Shown: piece by piece, positions 57,353-64,000 of the stretch
How positions within the stretch are numbered: position 1 is the first letter of the stretch
How the letters are laid out: each line of letters opens with the position of its first letter
Position numbers and translations under genes: made by a program
From: Ligilactobacillus pabuli
Lineage (GTDB): Bacteria; Bacillota; Bacilli; Lactobacillales; Lactobacillaceae
DNA length: 64,000 nt
Direction: 5' to 3'
Assembly (NCBI RefSeq): GCF_022836475.1
Contig: NZ_BQXH01000005.1
Coordinates: 71,699 to 135,698, forward strand
Notes under the pieces: model-generated
What the model was told of the DNA's origin: nothing
The model's database searches: none
Seen by the model: only the letters and a program-made list of their open reading frames with translations

Positions 57353-57386
57353 TTTGTTTGGTTGAAGCGCAGAATTCCATCAAAAT

Positions 57387-57440
57387 AAAACTTACACCAC
57401 CAAGAAAATTATCCTGTGTGCTGTAAGTTTTATTTTTGTT
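57387..57440 (-). terminator. Rho-independent terminator downstream of the vanZ-like gene
   Basis: AAAATAAAACTTACA..TGTAAGTTTTATTTTT. Confidence 0.55.
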
Positions 57441-57894
57441 TGCTAATTTTTATCTGTAGCCATGCAACGATAAGATAACCCAGGCACAGACCAGCTGCGT
57501 TGGCCAAAATATCATTCACGTCAATCCAACGTGAGGTCAACTCTAAGTTATCTAGAATGAGTTGTGTCAGCTCAATCGTTGCCCCGACTGCCAGACCAGT
57601 TCCAATGACCTTTAAACTTGACCACTTCTTTTGGCGCAGTAATGCAATAAACACACCAAATGGCAAGGTCATCACAATATTTAAATAGAAGTCTAAGTGC
57701 GTTAATTCAGCAAATGGTAAATAAATAAACGGTGCCTTTCCTAAATAAATATATGGCACCGGCTCACTAGCCGGAATTACTAACGGCAAGGTTGGTGCAA
57801 AACACAAAACCCCCACTGTTGCCAAATAAATAATAAATGCGCCCCAAATTGCACGACGCACGACTTTGTTCCTTAAATTCACTAACTCATTCAC
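57430..57894 (-). CDS. VanZ-like family membrane protein
   Basis: 154 aa, 4 TM helices. Confidence 0.7.
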   Translation of the reverse strand: MNELVNLRNKVVRRAIWGAFIIYLATVGVLCFAPTLPLVIPASEPVPYIYLGKAPFIYLPFAELTHLDFYLNIVMTLPFGVFIALLRQKKWSSLKVIGTGLAVGATIELTQLILDNLELTSRWIDVNDILANAAGLCLGYLIVAWLQIKISKQK

Positions 57895-57900
57895 ACCTTA

Positions 57901-58292
57901 TCTCGGGTTAATTCTGTGATTGTAGTCGAGTTCCTTAACTCAGAAGATTCCGCCTAACCTGCTTTCTGTCACGATGCCTAAACCGCATCATGCCCGAAAG
58001 CTTGTTAATGCTCATCTTCTAACCGGGTTAATCCGCTCTATGATCTTTAGTCGAGCTACTTGAAACAGAAAGTTCCGCCCATCCAAACCCAGGACCCAAT
58101 GCCAAAAACGCATTAGTCCCTGGGTCCCGATGGTGCTCGCTTTCTAATCGTTTCATTCCGCTCTGTGATCTTAGTCGAGCTACTCAAGCCAAGACTTTCC
58201 GCCTACCCTAGCCCAACCTTCAATGCCTAATGCGCATTAAAGGCTAGGCTCTGATAGTGCTCGAGTCTTAAACGGCTTGCTCCGCTCTGTGA
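57901..58292 (+). repeat. Family A repeats: variant A2 copy plus two standard copies in tandem (period about 124 bp), between a dehydrogenase stop and the vanZ start
   Basis: Copies at about 57913-58043, 58045-58167 and 58169-58291. The array ends CTCTGTGATTTTA at the stop of the 58295 gene. Confidence 0.9.
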
Positions 58293-58294
58293 TT

Positions 58295-59260
58295 TTAGTA
58301 CCCCTTTTTCAAATCTACTTCATTTCTGACCAATGTTCCATCAACTTCATATTGTTGTAGATTTTCCTTGAAAATCTTGATCACATCTTGCGCATATTCT
58401 TGATACAAGCCCGAAACATGCGGTGTGATCAAAACATTATCCATTTGCCACAATTGACTGTCCTCTGGTAGTGGTTCCGGTGCCGTTACATCTAGTCCTG
58501 CCGCACTAACCTGTCCAGCTTTCAAAGCGGCTACCAAATCATCCGTGACCACACTTGGACCACGCCCAATATTGATAAACAATGGGGCCGCTTCTAAGGC
58601 TGCAAAAAATTCTGCATCGTATAATCCGCGTGTTTCATCAGTTAGTGGCAAAGTATTAACGATCACCGCAGCATCTTTGACTGCCTCCGTCATTTGGCTG
58701 AGAGGCAAAGTTTGGTTGAAACCATCAGCTGGATGACCTGAGTGATTAACCCCGACCGTCTCCATGCGGAAGGCCTGCCCTAGTTCGGCAATTCGTGTAC
58801 CAATATGGCCAGTTCCAATGACTGCTAGTTTTTTATCACTCAAAACAGTGTAGCCAAAGTCAGCCGGTTGCCAGTGATTTTTCTGTTGCTGCACAACTGC
58901 ATCCTTGATACCGCGAAAATGGCTCAACATCATTCCAAGTACTGTTTCAGCAATTGGTTCTGCATGGATCCCGCTCACATTTGACAATAAGATCTGTCGC
59001 TTAGCGAGTTGGTCTAATGGAAAATAATCAACCCCCGCAGAAAAAGCTTGGATCCATTTTAACTGCGGTTTTTCTAAACTAAAGATTCGGTCTAAGATTC
59101 CCGTGGCATTCCCCAGTAAAATGTCAATTTCAGCTAACTGCTGGTCAGATAATTCATCATTGGCAAAGAAATATTCATGCTCTGATTCTGCCGCTAATTT
59201 TTTTAATGCATCCTTAGCGCCCTCGTGATTTAAAGTTCCGCCTAATACTAAAATTTTCAC
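58295..59260 (-). CDS. NAD-dependent D-isomer-specific 2-hydroxyacid dehydrogenase
   Basis: 321 aa from GTG 59260 (AGAGAGG RBS) with GTGHIG NAD motif and catalytic R/E/H. Confidence 0.8.
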   Translation of the reverse strand: MKILVLGGTLNHEGAKDALKKLAAESEHEYFFANDELSDQQLAEIDILLGNATGILDRIFSLEKPQLKWIQAFSAGVDYFPLDQLAKRQILLSNVSGIHAEPIAETVLGMMLSHFRGIKDAVVQQQKNHWQPADFGYTVLSDKKLAVIGTGHIGTRIAELGQAFRMETVGVNHSGHPADGFNQTLPLSQMTEAVKDAAVIVNTLPLTDETRGLYDAEFFAALEAAPLFINIGRGPSVVTDDLVAALKAGQVSAAGLDVTAPEPLPEDSQLWQMDNVLITPHVSGLYQEYAQDVIKIFKENLQQYEVDGTLVRNEVDLKKGY

Positions 59261-59403
59261 TCTGCTCACCTCTCTATTTGAAATTAATTATACACTAGAT
59301 TAGTTGTTTTTCTAAAGAAAACGCTAATGCAGCCGTTCTTGTTCGACTGATCAGCTAAAAAAAGCCAAAGTCTCCTATTAACAAGAAACTTTGGCAACTT
59401 TAT

Positions 59404-59913
59404 TTAAGCATTAGCTGGTTTGCTTGGAGCTAACATAAAATGACTAATATACGGCTTGGAGTTTTCATTATAACCGAACTGGTTAATTTGATTGTTTTTC
59501 GAAGTGTTCCAATCGAAAAAGTCGATGTCCGAATCCCAGACATTGATCATCAAGTACTGCAAATTCTTCCGCGGTACATGGAGAATCAGGCTGTATCGTA
59601 AGCCCACCGGGATCTCATAACCATTTTCCCACTTCTGCAGTATTGCCTCTAAGATTCCCCGTTGTTTGGTACTGAGAGTAAAGTATCGTAATTCAAAATA
59701 CCCATCCCAAACTTCCTGCCCAATTTCATGTTGGGTCACATAATTGAGTCCTGAACCAAAAACCGTTTTTTGGTTTGATTTATCAAGTAAAATAAATTTA
59801 TCTTCATCAACCACCGATTTTAATAATTTCAAATCTCTTTCTGGATATTTCTGTTGCTTGGCACGTAAGTCCTCTTCTGGTCCTAAGGCTAAGCTAATTT
59901 TTTCAACAGCCAT
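59404..59913 (-). CDS. Hypothetical protein (170 aa)
   Basis: GGAAGGAG RBS before ATG 59913. The longer track ORF has no RBS. Confidence 0.5.
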   Translation of the reverse strand: MAVEKISLALGPEEDLRAKQQKYPERDLKLLKSVVDEDKFILLDKSNQKTVFGSGLNYVTQHEIGQEVWDGYFELRYFTLSTKQRGILEAILQKWENGYEIPVGLRYSLILHVPRKNLQYLMINVWDSDIDFFDWNTSKNNQINQFGYNENSKPYISHFMLAPSKPANA

Positions 59914-60063
59914 AATGAATCTCCTTCCCAATCGTAATTTGCACAGCTCCATTATAACATCTTTGTGAACAAAGACGCTTGATTTTACAAAGTCAGTCTC
60001 ATTTCTAACAAAAAACATCCTGTCCCGCCAACTGCAGTTCAGAATGTTTCACGTGAAACTATC

Positions 60064-60633
60064 TTAATTTTCTGGTTTAAATAATTTTGGTGCTCGAACA
60101 GCTAACAACCAAACAATGATCATGGCTGCAATAGCTTCAGGAATCATATAAGTTGCATTGTAAATAGTCGAGTAAGCAAAGACTGACTGACCCTTAGGAG
60201 TATATTCACCATAGAAAACGATCCCGGAAATTACGTTGTTCAAATAGGCCATGAAAGCACCCAAGAAACTAGCAGCCAAGGTATAACCAAAAACTTGGCC
60301 CTGCTTTTTTTCAGTTAAAGCGTTTTGTAGTGGTTTAGCGAAGAAACCAGCGAAGCCGACTGTCCCAAAACAAAAGACATAGTCAAACAATACTTGGAGC
60401 GGATTCAAGAAGTAGCCGCCAAACATTAACTGCACGATTCCACAAATAGCACCAGCCGTGCAACCCCAAATTGGTCCCCGACGCAATGACAAGAAAATCA
60501 AAGGAACCAAAACAAGTGAAACACTTCCGCCTTGCGGCATCCGGAAAATAACAATGTAACTTAACACTAGTGATAAAGCCGCCATGATGGCCGTTTCGGT
60601 CAAAAGACGGGTCGAACTTTTAGCTTGTGACAT
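60064..60633 (-). CDS. thiT: ECF-transporter S component for thiamine (ThiT)
   Basis: 189 aa, 6 TM helices. GAGGAGG RBS. Preceded by a TPP riboswitch. Confidence 0.8.
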   Translation of the reverse strand: MSQAKSSTRLLTETAIMAALSLVLSYIVIFRMPQGGSVSLVLVPLIFLSLRRGPIWGCTAGAICGIVQLMFGGYFLNPLQVLFDYVFCFGTVGFAGFFAKPLQNALTEKKQGQVFGYTLAASFLGAFMAYLNNVISGIVFYGEYTPKGQSVFAYSTIYNATYMIPEAIAAMIIVWLLAVRAPKLFKPEN

Positions 60634-60839
60634 AAAAATCCTCCTCAGGATAATAACTACGGTGTGCCTGTACAATAATTGCCTAAAATTGATCATTTTT
60701 GAATGAACAAAATTTTTACTGGCACGCCATTTGAATTAAAAAATTGCTAACACCGAAACCAATCATTTACCAAGTCTAGTCTTTCTCTCTCCTAATCTTG
60801 ACCAAAGAATCAAATTGTTCTTTGGTATCTAAAATACCA

Positions 60840-60995
60840 CAAAAAAATCTCCCACAGCATACAGCCACAGGAGATTTGTTTTAATCACTACATTTAAAAT
60901 TGCACGAATAATTAAGTCTGTCTCCCTTCGCCGGTATGATCCGTATCAGGTTCAATGGGTGTTTTCTCAGCCTAGCGGCACCCCAGATGTCTTAT
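60840..60995 (-). ncRNA. TPP (THI-box) riboswitch with terminator, controlling thiT
   Basis: Minus strand reads CTGGGGTGCCgctagGCTGAGAaaacACCCattGAACCTGATacGGaTcATaCCgGCGaAGGGA (60905-60990), then terminator AAATCTCCTGTGGC..GCTGTGGGAGATTTTTTT (60841-60884). Confidence 0.85.
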
Positions 60996-61055
60996 TTAAT
61001 TTAGTTTCGACCTTAATCATAAGCCTTGTATCCAATAAAAGCAACTCACTTTTGC

Positions 61056-62225
61056 CTAGTTCGTTCCTTCTGGCTGACGCACTAACAAAATCATGCCAGT
61101 CACTACCACATGTGCCAAAAAGAAGATCCAGAAAGTTTGACCATAACCAAGTGCCGTGATCAAACTTCCACCTGCAAGCGGTCCAAGTGCTCGTCCCAAT
61201 GAACCCGATAAACTACTAAGCGATTGCAGCCGCCCCCGGTTATTATCATGGGCATAGCGGTTCAGCAACATCGGAATCGCAGTTAGGGCTAAAATTTCAC
61301 CAACAGATACAAAAGTGATCCCAACTACAAACTGCCAGTAGACCTTGGCATAAACCAAGGTCAAATAGGAACCCGCAAAAATTAATGTCCCTAAAATCAC
61401 TCGCAAACGGTCAGCGCGAAAACTATTTCGAAACAGGCGAGTCAACAATGGCTGCAGCACCACAATTTCAACTGTTGAAATTGTAAACAGCATACTATAA
61501 GAAGTTACAGAAATTCCCTGTTCGGTCATCAAAACCGCAACATTACTATTCCACTGCTCATAGCATAACCAGATCGTGATCATCGTGATACAAATTAACA
61601 CCACACTCCAGGGATGTCGGCTATTAGCTGCTGATTGCTGTTTTTGACTTTCATTATTAGTCTGCGCCACAGTAAATGTGGGAAATTTAATTCGAATTAG
61701 CAGTATAGTTAGTAAAAATAAAACAGCTGCCCCAGCAAAAATCAGGCGAATACTAATATCGAACAACACCCCGGATAACAAAGTTGCAACCGCCATCCCA
61801 ATATTGGCCATCCAATAACCATTATTGAAAATCTGGGCATCTTCTTTTTGTAAAAAAGCTAGAAAACCGTTAATAGCAGAATTTAAAATCCCGAGACCCA
61901 GACCATAAACGCCTAATAACACTGGGTACCACGGCCAAATGGGAAAAATTGCCAGTAAAATCAAAGCGAGTACTTGGGTAATGCCACCCACATACATCGT
62001 TTTTTTCTGGTGCCAACTATCAAATAATTGTCCACCGATCAAATTTCCCACTGTCATCGCCCCAGAAAAGCCTAATAAGACATAGCCCGCAACCACCAAG
62101 CTTTGATGGAGCGAATTATGCACATATAAAGTGGTGATTGGCATGATCAATCCGATCCCCATATTGACCAGCATATCCGCTAAGAGCACAAATTTGTTTT
62201 TCACATCCCATAATCTACCTTCCAT
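61056..62225 (-). CDS. MFS transporter (12 TMS)
   Basis: 389 aa polytopic with MFS motifs. Confidence 0.8.
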   Translation of the reverse strand: MEGRLWDVKNKFVLLADMLVNMGIGLIMPITTLYVHNSLHQSLVVAGYVLLGFSGAMTVGNLIGGQLFDSWHQKKTMYVGGITQVLALILLAIFPIWPWYPVLLGVYGLGLGILNSAINGFLAFLQKEDAQIFNNGYWMANIGMAVATLLSGVLFDISIRLIFAGAAVLFLLTILLIRIKFPTFTVAQTNNESQKQQSAANSRHPWSVVLICITMITIWLCYEQWNSNVAVLMTEQGISVTSYSMLFTISTVEIVVLQPLLTRLFRNSFRADRLRVILGTLIFAGSYLTLVYAKVYWQFVVGITFVSVGEILALTAIPMLLNRYAHDNNRGRLQSLSSLSGSLGRALGPLAGGSLITALGYGQTFWIFFLAHVVVTGMILLVRQPEGTN

Positions 62226-62335
62226 TACACCTCAAGTGTATGATTTGTGTTAGTACTATCGTACTGATTGATTGCTTAATTTGCAACAACTCAGTACAAT
62301 TAGACCATTAACTAACATTTTGGAGGTGTACTAGC

Positions 62336-62896
62336 ATGTTTTCTTATCAAATCGATGACCAGCTTAGCCTAACCATTCCGCGTCCACAACTTGACGCTGA
62401 ACCGTTATTTAAGTTAGTCGATGAAAATCGCTCTTATCTCAGTCCCTGGCTGCCTTGGGTCCCTAAAATGGCTAGTGTTCGCGACGAAGAACAATTTTTA
62501 ACCAGCGTTTTACAACATTTTGGCAACGGCAGTTCCGTCAACTTGGTGATTCGTGACACCCGCCAACCAGTAGGCATGATCAGCTTAAATAGTTTCCGCC
62601 AGCAAGATCACAGTACGGAGATCGGCTACTGGCTAGGGCAACAATTTGCCGGACAAAATATTATGCACCGGGCAGTTTTAGGACTATGCGACCTCAGCTT
62701 TACCGATTATGATTTAAATAAAATCGAGATCCACGCTGCCGTCGAAAATCTTCCTAGTAACAATGTTGCTCAAAAAGCCGGTTTTCATTTGGACGGTCAA
62801 GTTCGGGCACAGGAGTTACTAGTTGATGGCTATCATGATGGCAATGTCTGGTCTCTACTCAAAGATGAATGGCAGCAACAAAGGAGTGTACTATGA
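62336..62896 (+). CDS. GNAT N-acetyltransferase (RimJ/RimL-like)
   Basis: 186 aa; GGAGG RBS. Confidence 0.8.
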   Translation: MFSYQIDDQLSLTIPRPQLDAEPLFKLVDENRSYLSPWLPWVPKMASVRDEEQFLTSVLQHFGNGSSVNLVIRDTRQPVGMISLNSFRQQDHSTEIGYWLGQQFAGQNIMHRAVLGLCDLSFTDYDLNKIEIHAAVENLPSNNVAQKAGFHLDGQVRAQELLVDGYHDGNVWSLLKDEWQQQRSVL

Positions 62897-63648
62897 AGCT
62901 TGATTTAAACGTGACGCTTTCTGACACTGAAACCAAAATTGTCCTTCCTGCAGAGCAATTGCAGCTCACACTCACTGATTCTGCGACGGCAAGTCAGACC
63001 AAGGAAGCGGCAGTTTGTCTCTTATTTGACCAGCATCAGTTAACGGGGATCACAACCACTCCCTTACTAAAACGGATCTCTGCTCCTGAAGCAGCAATGG
63101 TTCAGAGTACCAGCGCTCAGCTAGACCAGCAGGACTTAGCTTTGGCGCTGACCGAACTGACCAACCCCTCTGTGGCCAAACAACCAACTAGTGACAAAGC
63201 TGCTCAGGCCAGTGCCAAAACTGTTTTGGTGGTTTTAAGCCGCTTTGGCTACCGCTGGCAAACTAACAAGCCTCGCAAAAAGGCCGGCAAACCACAACAT
63301 AAATGGTCCAAAGAACTGGCAACTGTCCCCTTTTACTTAGATTATGGCGGGGCCACGGCAACTGTCTTCTGGCAAAAGCGTAACCAAATGCTGATCCAAG
63401 CTGGGGCACAGTTACAATCAGAAGTCCCCTTAAATAAAGACGGTTCCGTCGGCTTTTCAGCACGTTTCGCCCAGAAACTGCGCAGTGAACATCAAGCTGC
63501 CATCGCCGGAACGCAAACTAAAACTGATGTGATCTTAAAAAGTCCGAATGAAGTAGGTCTCTTCCTCTATTTTGGCGGCACCAATTGCTGGTTACAACTT
63601 AAAGATGAGACTGGTCGGACCCTAGCCGATTGGAGTCAGACTAACTAG
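62893..63648 (+). CDS. Hypothetical protein (251 aa), translationally coupled to the GNAT gene (ATGA overlap)
   Basis: AAAGGAG RBS inside the GNAT 3' end. Low-complexity Q/A/T-rich N-terminal half and a conserved-looking C-terminal region. Confidence 0.55.
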   Translation: MKLDLNVTLSDTETKIVLPAEQLQLTLTDSATASQTKEAAVCLLFDQHQLTGITTTPLLKRISAPEAAMVQSTSAQLDQQDLALALTELTNPSVAKQPTSDKAAQASAKTVLVVLSRFGYRWQTNKPRKKAGKPQHKWSKELATVPFYLDYGGATATVFWQKRNQMLIQAGAQLQSEVPLNKDGSVGFSARFAQKLRSEHQAAIAGTQTKTDVILKSPNEVGLFLYFGGTNCWLQLKDETGRTLADWSQTN

Positions 63649-63749
63649 TCTTCTTTCATTGACTAATAGGCACTTATCCACGTATATTAGACTAGTGGTC
63701 AATTTGTATTGTGCGCAATACAGCACAGCAAACTGACTACTAGTCTTTT

Positions 63750-63890
63750 TGTTGTGCTCTTGTGTTTGTAGTCGAGCTCCGTGAAACAGAAAGCTCCGCC
63801 TATTCTAGTCCGACCTTCCATGCCCAAAGCGCATTAAAGGTCGGACTATGATAGTGCTCACTTTCTCCCGTTTCACTCCGCTCTGTTATT
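63750..63890 (+). repeat. Family A repeat, one copy plus partial tail
   Basis: TAGTCGAGCTCCGTGAAACAGAAAGCTCCGCC..CATGCCCAAAGCGCATTAAAGG..CCGCTCTGTTATTTTTAG. Confidence 0.85.
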
Positions 63891-64000
63891 TTTAGACATG
63901 TGGTTTTAAGTCAAGCGAAGGTGATAAATAAATTTTAAAAACTTTCTAGAAAAGACTTGATTTTTGGCGCACTTTAACAAGCCCCAAAGTTTCAATTTTT

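Noticed and set aside
60959-61159. Plus-strand 66-aa ORF
   Set aside because: Lies entirely within the minus-strand TPP riboswitch and terminator of thiT. No RBS.

Overview
This 64-kb window looks like a chromosomal stretch from a Lactobacillaceae-type Firmicute: compact genes, AGGAGG-type RBSs, T-box leaders and a racD-asl-murE cluster that implies Lys-D-Asp peptidoglycan. I did not assign a species. The coding content is mostly housekeeping, metabolism and stress. The left end carries, from upstream to downstream, a Met T-box leader, a free Met-(R)-sulfoxide reductase (GAF) gene, a metN interrupted by an in-frame stop, a fused metI-metQ gene, luxS and an acetoin reductase. Respiratory-type D-lactate dehydrogenase (dld) and pyruvate oxidase are present, as is a pncB gene with an NrtR-like regulator. 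An msrA-trxA-gpx oxidative-stress trio, a second T-box in front of a MetE-like gene, and a TPP riboswitch in front of thiT are also here. A PF04392-type ABC transporter sits behind a terminator-containing leader. The remaining genes are a flotillin, PBP2B, the racD-asl-murE block, dagK, two usp genes, several MFS, AKR and GNAT genes, and small hypotheticals. The unusual part is the non-coding content. (1) A roughly 125-bp structured repeat family occurs in at least 15 copies at 9 loci, often in short tandem runs, and repeatedly sits exactly at the stop codon of minus-strand genes; in one case it supplies the last codons of an MFS gene. (2) Tandem arrays with a 41-42-bp unit occur at five loci, and three of them are the same family in different orientations with cluster-specific variants. 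(3) A convergent, 3'-overlapping RNA pair lies downstream of pox and has the architecture of a type I toxin-antitoxin locus. (4) A leader with an intrinsic terminator and a competing anti-terminator element, of no recognisable riboswitch class, precedes the ABC transporter. (5) Three phased direct repeats lie upstream of pox. No rRNA, tRNA, CRISPR array, IS transposase or prophage gene was seen.
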